Sequence record: MW735835.1
Length of the DNA stretch: 64,000 nucleotides
Direction: 5' to 3' (one strand)
From: Pseudomonas phage pPa_SNUABM_DT01
Position numbers and translations under genes: made by a program. Each line of letters opens with the position of its first letter. The first letter of the stretch is position 1. The notes under the pieces were generated by a model, which was not told the DNA's origin, searched no databases, and saw nothing but the letters and a program-made list of their open reading frames with translations. This document shows positions 16,761-25,874 of this stretch, piece after piece.

Positions 16761-18496
16761 TATGCTGCTTCCAGCGCCAGCTCTTTCTCGAACTCTGCCA
16801 GCAATTCCCACGGATCGGGAGCCTTCATCGTCTCGGTCATGATCTCGATCGAGTTCACAGGACCACCTGTAAGGTTGATCCCCACCAGACGTTGCTTGCT
16901 CGCCGTCACCCCGGCAATCCGACAGACCTCGTACATCGTCGTCATCTTCGACAGGTTGAGAATGATCTCACCGTTCGGATACGTCGAACCGATGTCAGCG
17001 TCAGACGTGTACCGCCGCACGTAACTGCGTACCGAGGGCAGGTCCTTGATCATGAACACGCCGTTGGCCTCTACGAGGCTAGTTGGCAAGGTCACAATCC
17101 AGTCATCTTTACCCAGAAGCAGTTTGTCCAGCTCATCTTCCATCCGGTCCGACAACGTACCCGCCACCATCCCATCTTTGAGCATGTCAAAGTAGAAGTC
17201 GTTGACGTTACGCTTCGGGTTCGAGTTGAAGATGCTGTACTCGGACGATCCCGACAGAATGCCAATCTGAGTGTTGAGGTCAGTGACTTTCTTGTCCAGC
17301 AGTTCCACACCCAAGCAGTCGTAGACGTTATACACCACGTAGTTGACTTTGTAGTGCTTCTGCATCTGCATGTGCCATTCGACACTACCAGACGCTGCGG
17401 TGGAGTCACCTGTCGGGAAGTAGAGCTTGCCCCAATCCTCGCCCAGGTTTTTCTTCAGAATTGCATCCAACGCATAGCTGGGTTCTTTACCCTTGGCCCG
17501 ACGGATGTTCCGGTAGACGGCTGCCGAGTCGATCCAGATGTGGCTGGAGGGTGTCTCCACCACGTGCCAACGATCGTACCATGCCAGGTTCTCTGACTTA
17601 CCATCGGCCTTGACCTTGGTTTCAGGACCCCGCTTATAACGGAAGTACTTGAACGGTTCCGGCACTTCCGGCGCACTGAACACCTCAGCCAGGTTGTAGC
17701 CTTCCATCTCCAGCGCACGGAGCATCACCGTGATGTCGAAGTCCATGTTCCAGAAGGACACGAAGTCTGGCTGCCATTCGTGACACTTGTCGATGCATTC
17801 CTTGACCATGGCCCCAGGGGACTTCATGATCTTGATCTCGAACTCGATCCCACGCGGCCTGGTGATGTGACCCAAGTGCTGGTCCAACGCTGCCTTAATG
17901 GTGTTGATCGGATCAGGGATACCGGCAATCCAGGTGTCCAGAATGGTCACGATGGCCTTGTTGTTGAAGGTCACCGTCGAGATGATGATGTCCTTACCCC
18001 CGTTCTCGTTCCACATGTCGGTCTCGGTGTCGAGTACCGCCACCTGGTTCGAGCGGAACAGTCCAGGCCATTTCTCCTGGTACTGACGTTTGATGAGGGT
18101 CGAAGGACTGATGTCGGCACCGTAGATGTATTGGTTCCGGCATAGGGTCTTTAACTGCTGCTTGGGGTTCCCGTAACCCAGACGGCGCACGATCTGTTGG
18201 TTCAGATCCCGCTGAGTGGTCTCACACTGGATAAGCTTATCCATGTACTCCACTTCTTTTTTGTCTTTGTGGTTGCGGTACTTCTCCTTGGTGATCCAGA
18301 AGGGTCGCTTACGGTTCGGATAGAAACGAAGTCGGGTCTGGTGAGTGCCATCCTTCAGATGGACGATCTCTTTGACCGTCAGCAGGTCATCGGTATCGTT
18401 CGCTGCTGATTCGGTATAAATGGCGTGTTTGCACTCGAGCCCAATGATGTCTTCTGGTTTGAAGACAGGTGCTTTCTTAACGACGGTCATTGGCAC
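16760..18496 (-). CDS. DEDDy-type 3-5 exonuclease domain protein (578 aa), possibly a split DNA polymerase proofreading subunit
   Basis: Exo I VLDTETD (compare Pol I FDTETD). Exo II FWNMDFDITVML (H/N-x-x-FD). Exo III YNVYDCLGVELL (Y-x-x-x-D). No polymerase motifs A/B/C. Confidence 0.55.
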   Translation of the reverse strand: MPMTVVKKAPVFKPEDIIGLECKHAIYTESAANDTDDLLTVKEIVHLKDGTHQTRLRFYPNRKRPFWITKEKYRNHKDKKEVEYMDKLIQCETTQRDLNQQIVRRLGYGNPKQQLKTLCRNQYIYGADISPSTLIKRQYQEKWPGLFRSNQVAVLDTETDMWNENGGKDIIISTVTFNNKAIVTILDTWIAGIPDPINTIKAALDQHLGHITRPRGIEFEIKIMKSPGAMVKECIDKCHEWQPDFVSFWNMDFDITVMLRALEMEGYNLAEVFSAPEVPEPFKYFRYKRGPETKVKADGKSENLAWYDRWHVVETPSSHIWIDSAAVYRNIRRAKGKEPSYALDAILKKNLGEDWGKLYFPTGDSTAASGSVEWHMQMQKHYKVNYVVYNVYDCLGVELLDKKVTDLNTQIGILSGSSEYSIFNSNPKRNVNDFYFDMLKDGMVAGTLSDRMEDELDKLLLGKDDWIVTLPTSLVEANGVFMIKDLPSVRSYVRRYTSDADIGSTYPNGEIILNLSKMTTMYEVCRIAGVTASKQRLVGINLTGGPVNSIEIMTETMKAPDPWELLAEFEKELALEAA

Positions 18497-18619
18497 TTCC
18501 TGAAACTGAGTGGAGTATATTGAAGGTGGTTATACAAATGGATATCGGGCCTTTGTAAGAATTTACGCCAATCTCTATGATTGGGTACTTACGCCAAGCC
18601 ACTTTTAAGAGACTCTGTC
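18497..18619. promoter_or_regulatory. AT-rich divergent promoter region between the minus exonuclease gene and the plus array
   Basis: gtatattgaaggtggttatacaaatggatat is AT-rich in a GC-rich genome and sits at a strand switch. Confidence 0.35.
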
Positions 18620-19936
18620 ATGAAACAAGCACTCGTTGCATCTCTGGAGGCCATCGACTTCCAGCGGAACTCCACCCTCATCAAGGAGATGGGGATGCAG
18701 TTCGACACCTGCCTGCGAGACCCGTCCAAAGACACCTTCAACAAGTGCTCCGAGGCGCTCTCCGCCATCGCTTTCAAGCACACCAAGATGAAGTTCCGCT
18801 TCCACTTCGTTCGTCTTGGTGGTCCGAACGCCTTCGTGATCCCGCCGCAGGCCGACATTGCCAACCCGATGCGCCCTGACGAAATCGCCACCAAGGTTCA
18901 GCGCCTGGGTCGCATGCCCACCGAGCAGGAGCTGTTCAAGGGCACGGTGGATCTGAAGACCGGCCAAGTTGGTGGCATCTACTCGGAAATCCCGATCGAC
19001 ATCTTCACTGCTGTCGAGTTCTTCACCGACCGCAACATGGGCAACATCACCGGCGACCACATCGCTGCGATCTCTGCTCATGAAATGGGTCACGGCTTCA
19101 CCTACCTGCGCTACCTGGGCCAGATGGTCCTGTCCAACTGCGCCGTGGCCGAGATCATCAAGAAGCAGCACGAAGGCGCTGACGACAAGGTGGTCCAGGA
19201 AGTCGTCAAGGTGGTCGAACAACGCACTGGCTGGCGCCTGCGCGATCTGGGCGAAATCAACCGTTCCACCGATCCACTGGTGGTCCAGCAAGTGATCATG
19301 GCTGGCATGGTGGACAGCATCCGTTCGGAACTGGGCACCAAGTTCTATGATCGTCGCGCTTTCGAGTTCTCTGCTGACCAGTTCGTGGCCCGTCACGGCG
19401 GTGCTCAACTGATCGTGGAAGCTTTGGACATCATGTACAAGTCCTACCCGGCGTACTTCAAAGAGTACCGTGGCCGCATGGCGAACATCATGTCCTCTCT
19501 GGTCGGCTACGGTCGCCTCGTTCTCGGCTCCCTGATGGTTGCCGGCGGCATCATGATGGTCCAGCCGCTGTTCTTCATCTTCGGTCTGTTCATGGTCCTC
19601 ATGAGCCTGTTCGGCGGTGGCGATGACGGTATCTACGACCCGATTCCCAAACGCTACGAAGCGATGCGTCGTGAGCTGATTGCGTCCTCCAAGGACCAGA
19701 ACCTCTCCATCGCACAGCGTAAAGAGATCATCGACCAGATCACTGCAATCGACAGCATCCTGGAAGAAGTCGCCAAGAACTCCAAGGGCTATTTCGCTCC
19801 CGACGTTGCCATTGAGTTCCTCAAGGGTATCTTCAACGGCCGACCGGCTGAGCAGAAGTTCCAGCGCATGCTCGAGAACCTGGTCAACAACCGCCTGTTC
19901 GAACTCTCCAACCAACTTCAAGCCAAATCGGTGTGA
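18620..19936 (+). CDS. Membrane zinc metallopeptidase-like protein (HEXXH; two C-terminal TM helices)
   Basis: AISAHEMGHGFTY contains HEMGH. Hydrophobic stretch MVAGGIMMVQPLFFIFGLFMVLMSLFGG. The ORF track starts at TTG 18581. Confidence 0.5.
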   Translation: MKQALVASLEAIDFQRNSTLIKEMGMQFDTCLRDPSKDTFNKCSEALSAIAFKHTKMKFRFHFVRLGGPNAFVIPPQADIANPMRPDEIATKVQRLGRMPTEQELFKGTVDLKTGQVGGIYSEIPIDIFTAVEFFTDRNMGNITGDHIAAISAHEMGHGFTYLRYLGQMVLSNCAVAEIIKKQHEGADDKVVQEVVKVVEQRTGWRLRDLGEINRSTDPLVVQQVIMAGMVDSIRSELGTKFYDRRAFEFSADQFVARHGGAQLIVEALDIMYKSYPAYFKEYRGRMANIMSSLVGYGRLVLGSLMVAGGIMMVQPLFFIFGLFMVLMSLFGGGDDGIYDPIPKRYEAMRRELIASSKDQNLSIAQRKEIIDQITAIDSILEEVAKNSKGYFAPDVAIEFLKGIFNGRPAEQKFQRMLENLVNNRLFELSNQLQAKSV

Positions 19937-19938
19937 AC

Positions 19939-20373
19939 ATGAAAATCCAGCGCCTCCTGCAACTCCTCGAGTCCGTTCCGAAACCCGAGCTGCGTAAGCC
20001 CTTCCTCGAAACCGCCCTGGCCGTCGAGATCGCCTACAGCCTGGCCCTGCCCAGTGGTCGTGTTGAAAGCGTGGTCGCCCACTTCGACCAGTTCCACGCC
20101 GAACAGGTGAAGCAGATCATCGGTGAAGTGAACGAACTGTACCCGTTCAACGTCAACGTCACCTACAACATGGTCGTCGACGCTTTCAAGAACCGCTACG
20201 TGATCTGCCACGAGCCCTGCCTGCTCACCGCCGATGACATCGCAGCCCAACTGCGCCGTCCGGCCTTCCAGATGTCCGTGGACCCGGTGCACGCCGAAGT
20301 CCTCCAGGCCGGTTACAGCAAACTGCTGCGCGATGACCTCTGCGAGTTCATCCGCCGGTTCATTCCTGCCTAA
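19939..20373 (+). CDS. Hypothetical protein (144 aa)
   Basis: ATG 3 nt after the previous stop. The ORF track starts at GTG 19933. Confidence 0.5.
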   Translation: MKIQRLLQLLESVPKPELRKPFLETALAVEIAYSLALPSGRVESVVAHFDQFHAEQVKQIIGEVNELYPFNVNVTYNMVVDAFKNRYVICHEPCLLTADDIAAQLRRPAFQMSVDPVHAEVLQAGYSKLLRDDLCEFIRRFIPA

Positions 20374-20380
20374 TCACACC

Positions 20381-20410
20381 GAGGGGAGCCTAGGCTCCCC
20401 TCGCTCTATG
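20381..20410 (+). terminator. Hairpin gaggggagc-CTAG-gctcccctc followed by GCTCTATGAG (hairpin+TATG family)
   Basis: 9-bp stem. TATG motif about 15 nt before the next ATG. Confidence 0.45.
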
Positions 20411-20421
20411 AGGACTGATCT

Positions 20422-21687
20422 ATGCTGATCTCCGAATCCGGGGCAATCGTAGACCCGAACGAACTCGCGGCTTGCCTCGAGACCACGCCTGAAGAGCTGG
20501 CTGCTCAGGATCAACAGATCCTTGAAGCCTCTCTGGAGGACCTGCTGGAAGATCTCGAGGGCAATATCAACATTGCTCCTGACGAGGACATCCCGGTAGA
20601 CGTGCTCGAACCGGCCATGGAATCCATCCTGAATGTCGCCAACGGCATCCTTGATGCTGGCGCTATCTCTCGTTCGGATGCCCAAGCCCTGCGTCAAATG
20701 ACAGCGTCTTTGGAGGGCTTCCAGGACACTTTCACCAACATGCCGATGGCATCGTTCACCGAACTACCGTCGAAGGTCAACTACGACGCTTCGATGGAAT
20801 CGGTCCTGAGCACCGTGGGCCGGAAGATCGTCGAAATCATCAAGGCGATCATCAAGTGGGTGAAGGAAAAGGCCAAGGCTATTGTCGGTTTCTTCCGCGA
20901 CAACCGCATGAAGGCCAAGAAGACCGAAGAAGCTTCCAAGAAGGTCAGTGAAGCACTGAAGGCCTCTGAAAAGAGTCTGGAAGAGATCTTCCTGTCTGCG
21001 GTCAAGCCAGAGCACCTGAAGCCCGACGGTCAAACCGAATTCCGTACTCGGAAGAAAGGCCAGAAGGTCGATTTGCACATCAACTCGCTGGCTGCTCACC
21101 TGAGTGACAACCCGACGAGCATCGGCAAGGTACAGACCTTCATCAATGCCTTGTCCGGTGGTGCGAAAGCCATGTTGACCAGCACCACTGATCTTCAGAT
21201 GGCCAACGTGACCGGTCTGGATTCGATGTTGTTTGCCGAGAAGACACCGTACACCAAGGGCGACTCCGCCCTGGAATCGACTGCCTATCTGCACGCCATC
21301 GCCAAGCGCCTGGCCAGCACTGTCGCCGACGTCGACGTGATCACCACCGACACCCCTGAAGCCGATGTCAATAAACGTCTGGCAGTGTTCGATGGGTCCA
21401 AGATGGCCAATCTGGCCATGATCATGGCAGTGCCCTTGACCAACACCGCGAATGCCGCGGCAAAAGGTCTGGAAGAGGTTAAAGCCGAGATCACCACGCT
21501 GACTAAGGACAACGTCCGCCTGACGAACGAAGACCCGCTGTACGTGAAGGCTCGTCATTACAAGGCTATCACGCAGATGGTCGACGATCTGAACAGCGTG
21601 TACGGTTACGTCATGAAGGCGTGGACCGATCTGATTTCGGTCGGTGCCAAGGTGGCCAAAGATCCGGGCTACGGCATAGCGGCCTGA
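20422..21687 (+). CDS. Hypothetical protein (421 aa), acidic N-terminus then Lys/Ala-rich helical region
   Basis: ATG with tgaggact RBS. Confidence 0.55.
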   Translation: MLISESGAIVDPNELAACLETTPEELAAQDQQILEASLEDLLEDLEGNINIAPDEDIPVDVLEPAMESILNVANGILDAGAISRSDAQALRQMTASLEGFQDTFTNMPMASFTELPSKVNYDASMESVLSTVGRKIVEIIKAIIKWVKEKAKAIVGFFRDNRMKAKKTEEASKKVSEALKASEKSLEEIFLSAVKPEHLKPDGQTEFRTRKKGQKVDLHINSLAAHLSDNPTSIGKVQTFINALSGGAKAMLTSTTDLQMANVTGLDSMLFAEKTPYTKGDSALESTAYLHAIAKRLASTVADVDVITTDTPEADVNKRLAVFDGSKMANLAMIMAVPLTNTANAAAKGLEEVKAEITTLTKDNVRLTNEDPLYVKARHYKAITQMVDDLNSVYGYVMKAWTDLISVGAKVAKDPGYGIAA

Positions 21688-21698
21688 CATGCAACATA

Positions 21699-21729
21699 CA
21701 GGGAGGGGCAGTTGCCCCTCCCTGTATGC
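21699..21729. terminator. Bidirectional hairpin cagggaggggca-GT-tgcccctccctg followed by TATGCC. Separates convergent genes.
   Basis: 12-bp palindromic stem between the plus gene end (21687) and the minus gene end (21732). Confidence 0.55.
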
Positions 21730-21731
21730 CG

Positions 21732-24656
21732 TTACTCCGAAGCGTGCTTCATGAACACGACGTCGATGCTGTCCACCACCCCGTAGGTTCCGTTGGGGAG
21801 GGAGATCAGCTTCTTGCCGATGCACAGACGGGACGATTCGTCAGCCATGGTGATCACACTGAAGTTGCGTGGGCCACCAAAGTTCTTAATCGCCACGGCC
21901 TGGATGTCGTTACCCATGACGTTCTTGAGTGCAGTCTGCAAGTTGTCTCGCGTGACCTGCATCTCTTTGAAGTCAGCAGTGATCGACTTACGGGTCGCTT
22001 TACGCATCTCTTCCTTGAGGACTTCGTTCTTGTAGACCGAGTCATTGACGTAGTACTCGACCACCAGGTGCTGTGCCGCTTGCAGGGACATCGCCAGGCT
22101 GTCATCCACCAGTGCCTCCACCAAGCCCACCGTCGACTTCGGATGGAACCAGAGTTTGGTCTTCTCCAGAAGCTTCTTACGGATCGGTGCCAGCGTGATG
22201 TTGACCCATTCCACGATCTGGTTCGGGACCGTCTCGCGGTAGTTCAGGTCGGTCTCGTTGGTGACGAAGAAGTACACGCCGTCGAACAGGCAGAGTTCTA
22301 CCTGACGCAGTACACTGCGCGGGGACGCAATGATCGGTTCACCGTCTTGGTAGATGATGGACCCTTCTTCATGCAGCACGATGGGGAGTTCGGTCTCCTC
22401 GTCGTACTTGATGTCGCCGGCCTTGTGCTTGTACACCACGTGAGGCTTGCCTTGTCCGTCGTACTCCACGAGTACGCCACCGGTGGCCGTGGTTTCCGGC
22501 ACGTTGGTGGTCCACAGCTCGTAGACGGTCTCCTCGTAGCGAAGGTATTGCTCCTCGCCAACCGTTGAACGTGCGCGCGCCCAGAGGCCTTCCAGGGACG
22601 CTCCCAACACTAGCGTGACTTGCTCGTGGTACAGACCCGAGATCTCGTCGGTGTAGAGGAACTTGCCCATGTTCTCGTCGATGCTGGTGTACTCGCCCTG
22701 TTCCACCAGAGCCGACTTGACACCGTAGAAGATGTCGAAGACGGTGGACATCGCTGCGGGGTAGGCATGCGGTGCAATGTCCTCGGCTTGGAAGCCGTTC
22801 AGGTAGACGTTGTGTTCAGGGTCGACGTCCCAGTTCGAGTCGAAGCGGAATTCGAAGATCCATTCCTTGGACTTCGGATCACGCCCTACCAGGGTGCCGT
22901 TCAGGTACGTGCGGGTCACTTCACCCGGCGCGATGTACGCCAGCTGAGCCACCAAGCCATCGTCGTCCAACTCCTTGAGGCTGTCGGTCGAGTCAGACAT
23001 GATGCGCAGCACCCAACCTGTGTCAGTGCGCTCGAAGGTGTGACCGTTACTGTTGATGCCCACGCCCATGGTGCCGTTGTCTTCGACGAAGAACCGGCGC
23101 GTCAGCTGCGGATTGCCGAAGTAATACGGTCGTACCGTGAAGACGTTGTCCGTGATGTCGTAGACGTAATGGAACGGGGTATAGAAGTAGTTGCCGTTGG
23201 TGACCCGGTCCACCAACAGGTCTGGCGAGAGTTCCAACAGCTCTTCCTTGGTTTCCTTGTCCACGATGGACAGGTAACCCCCTTCGTCCTTATACAGGGT
23301 CGACGGCAGGATGGTCATCCGCAGACCATTGTCCTTCACGTCGGCCGTAGCCAGGATCTGGTCAATGGTCTTGCTGAGTGTGATCACGTTAGCGCCCACA
23401 CCGGTGGAGACTTCCTTGATGTCCGGTGCAGGCAGCTCACGGGAAGCGGCGTACAGACGGTTGGTCAGGTTGTCCACGTCGGTTACACAGCTGAAGCCTG
23501 CGTCAGTGAGCAGGTCAAGCTGCGATTGGATCTGCACGTTAGTGATCGGGACATCGATGCGACCAGTGGCGTTGTTGATGACACGTTCTTTCAGCTTGGC
23601 GAAGCTGATGGCATTAGAACCGCCGGTAGCGGGAGTCGATGCCATGAAGTACGCCGAGGTCAGGCGGGCCACCGGAGAGGTGTACTTGCCATTGTCGTCG
23701 TTGTCGTAGTCATCGAAGGTCGCCTTGAACATGTCCGAGCTGTAACCATTGAGCGCCAGCTCCAACACCCCACGAGTGGTGTAGATGTCGATGCGCAGGG
23801 TACGGTTCACCAAACCAGTGGTGTAGTAGACCTGCGGGATAGAGACGTTCAACTGGTTGTTGTCCAGCAGCTTCAGAACAGCTGTCGGCACCAACGGGTT
23901 GTAGACCTGGTCGCTGTGCGTGGTGTTGATCTCGGTCCACCCACCGTTACCATCGCTGGCATAGACACGACAGTGGTAGAACTGGTCACTGAACCCGTAG
24001 GTCTTGTTGAAGACCTTGGAGGCAGTCAATGGAGCCGTGACCGACTTGATCTCGACTTGCTGGCACGGCACCTCCATCTGGATGAACTCCTCGTGACCGA
24101 GGTTGTAGTTCAGCAGAGACCATTCCACGCTGTTGGTTTCCAGCGGCATGGTTGGGGAGGGTTTGCTGTTGTCGTAGACGATCTGGAGGCCGCCGTGCGG
24201 CAACACCCGGATCTCGATCGGGTACTGGAGGGTAAACGGAACATCGCCCCCAAGGATCTTGGTGTGACGCGGGATGGTCAGTTTCTTCACCCCGGCGTTG
24301 CCGGTATCGACGGCTTTCTCAATCACTTCGTTCTTGTTGAAGGCCAGCAGGATGTTGGCCACCGAAGGACTGGAGAAGACGTTGATGTAATCGACGGTGC
24401 TCATGTGACGGTAGAGGTCATCACGGGTCTGAGCCTGCTCCGGGTATTGCAGACGGTTCAGGAACTCATCCTTCCGGGTCGCGTTGGCAAACAGCGTGCT
24501 GGCGAACTCCATCAGGTAGACGAAAGCGTTCGACGCATCGGTGATCTCGACTTCGCCGTTGGTGACGCGTTCGAGGTACTCGATACCGGCGCGTTGGATC
24601 GCCATCGGATTGAGCTTGGCCAGCTCAATCATGTTGTTCAAATCTGCCCTTTGCAT
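21732..24656 (-). CDS. Large hypothetical protein (974 aa), probable virion/structural protein
   Basis: Long ORF with protein-like composition. The opposite-strand ORF 22620-24671 has antisense-type V/D/L/G/R-rich composition. Confidence 0.55.
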   Translation of the reverse strand: MQRADLNNMIELAKLNPMAIQRAGIEYLERVTNGEVEITDASNAFVYLMEFASTLFANATRKDEFLNRLQYPEQAQTRDDLYRHMSTVDYINVFSSPSVANILLAFNKNEVIEKAVDTGNAGVKKLTIPRHTKILGGDVPFTLQYPIEIRVLPHGGLQIVYDNSKPSPTMPLETNSVEWSLLNYNLGHEEFIQMEVPCQQVEIKSVTAPLTASKVFNKTYGFSDQFYHCRVYASDGNGGWTEINTTHSDQVYNPLVPTAVLKLLDNNQLNVSIPQVYYTTGLVNRTLRIDIYTTRGVLELALNGYSSDMFKATFDDYDNDDNGKYTSPVARLTSAYFMASTPATGGSNAISFAKLKERVINNATGRIDVPITNVQIQSQLDLLTDAGFSCVTDVDNLTNRLYAASRELPAPDIKEVSTGVGANVITLSKTIDQILATADVKDNGLRMTILPSTLYKDEGGYLSIVDKETKEELLELSPDLLVDRVTNGNYFYTPFHYVYDITDNVFTVRPYYFGNPQLTRRFFVEDNGTMGVGINSNGHTFERTDTGWVLRIMSDSTDSLKELDDDGLVAQLAYIAPGEVTRTYLNGTLVGRDPKSKEWIFEFRFDSNWDVDPEHNVYLNGFQAEDIAPHAYPAAMSTVFDIFYGVKSALVEQGEYTSIDENMGKFLYTDEISGLYHEQVTLVLGASLEGLWARARSTVGEEQYLRYEETVYELWTTNVPETTATGGVLVEYDGQGKPHVVYKHKAGDIKYDEETELPIVLHEEGSIIYQDGEPIIASPRSVLRQVELCLFDGVYFFVTNETDLNYRETVPNQIVEWVNITLAPIRKKLLEKTKLWFHPKSTVGLVEALVDDSLAMSLQAAQHLVVEYYVNDSVYKNEVLKEEMRKATRKSITADFKEMQVTRDNLQTALKNVMGNDIQAVAIKNFGGPRNFSVITMADESSRLCIGKKLISLPNGTYGVVDSIDVVFMKHASE

Positions 24657-24667
24657 GGGTCACTCCA

Positions 24668-25858
24668 TTAAGCGATGATCTGGACGGGCGCCGGATCGTT
24701 CGGGTTCTCGATCGGCTGGATGTCGGTCTTGTCGAAATTGCCTTTGATGACGCTTTCGTACTCAGCCCGGTCTATCCACCATTCCAGCTCGTTGTTGTTC
24801 ATCATGTTGATCCACGGGAAGCCCTTGTAGTTGAACAGCTTGCGCTCTTCAGGGCTGATCTTGACCATGGACTTCTCACGGGTGCCGTCACCCATGCTGG
24901 CATTGAACGTCACCACCAGCTTGTTGAACTCCCACAGTGCCAACGGGTCGTTGTACTCGGCGACCGTGCACTCGAAGGTGGCTTGGATCGACTTGTTCGA
25001 CTCGTTGTAGGGGTTTTCACGGCTGTAGTTGAACGCAGTACCCATCGACAGGCCAGTGGGGAAACCCGCACCGCAGATGGCCCATTTCTGGATGAAGCGA
25101 CCCGACCAATCCATCACGAACCGGTAGACCCGGGTCATGTAGTCGATCTCATTTTGGACGATGCTGTAACCTGCGGGCTGGATCTTGGTGCCCATGTAGA
25201 CACCACCGATGTACAAAATCCACGCAAACAGCGTCAATGATATAGGATCGCCTAGGGTGTTTTCAAAGGTGCAGTCCAGGGAAAAACGACCATTGATCTC
25301 TGCGATCGAGTCGTTCATCATCCACACTTCTTTCGCCATGCCTTCTGCCGAACTGTACGCGTGAAGCGTCAGGTCGGGCCATCCGGACATATTCGTCAGG
25401 GTGTTACTGAGCAACGGCATAAAAGCTTGGCGGTTGTCGAAGATGGTGTTGTCACCTTTAATATCCGATTGGATACTGTCAGGCCAGAGCATCCGACGAA
25501 TGATTCGGCTGTACGACGACGGTTCTTCACTGGCCAAAACCGACAATTGTCGGAGCGCCATCACGTTATCGTATGACAGGTTCAAATTTGGGCGTGTGAA
25601 AAACGTCAGGCCCTGCATGTCGGTATTCGCAGGTACTGCCGAACCTTGTTGTGTCCGGTTGAAACCACCGAGCAGATCATGGAAACGAGCCCCAATAGCA
25701 CCCGTGCCCTGCTCTCGGGTCAGTCGGCGCATCAAGGCATCATCACTGTCAAACCCCCCGTACTTGGCAATGGTGTCCATCACCTGCGCCATGGCACTCA
25801 GGGGATTAGGGTTCGCCCTGGAAACCCGCTGAACTTTGTAATCATTCATTTCTACCAC
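24668..25858 (-). CDS. Hypothetical protein (396 aa), first gene of a 2-gene minus operon
   Basis: ATG 16 nt from the divergent plus gene. 11-nt gap to the downstream gene. Confidence 0.55.
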   Translation of the reverse strand: MVEMNDYKVQRVSRANPNPLSAMAQVMDTIAKYGGFDSDDALMRRLTREQGTGAIGARFHDLLGGFNRTQQGSAVPANTDMQGLTFFTRPNLNLSYDNVMALRQLSVLASEEPSSYSRIIRRMLWPDSIQSDIKGDNTIFDNRQAFMPLLSNTLTNMSGWPDLTLHAYSSAEGMAKEVWMMNDSIAEINGRFSLDCTFENTLGDPISLTLFAWILYIGGVYMGTKIQPAGYSIVQNEIDYMTRVYRFVMDWSGRFIQKWAICGAGFPTGLSMGTAFNYSRENPYNESNKSIQATFECTVAEYNDPLALWEFNKLVVTFNASMGDGTREKSMVKISPEERKLFNYKGFPWINMMNNNELEWWIDRAEYESVIKGNFDKTDIQPIENPNDPAPVQIIA

Positions 25859-25874
25859 GCCTTAATGAAGGGAA

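Noticed and set aside
20764-21825. 353-aa minus-strand ORF
   Set aside because: Antisense to 20422-21687. Crosses the bidirectional terminator.
22620-24671. 683-aa plus-strand ORF
   Set aside because: Antisense to the 974-aa minus gene, whose sequence is the protein-like one. The plus frame is V/D/G/R/H-rich.
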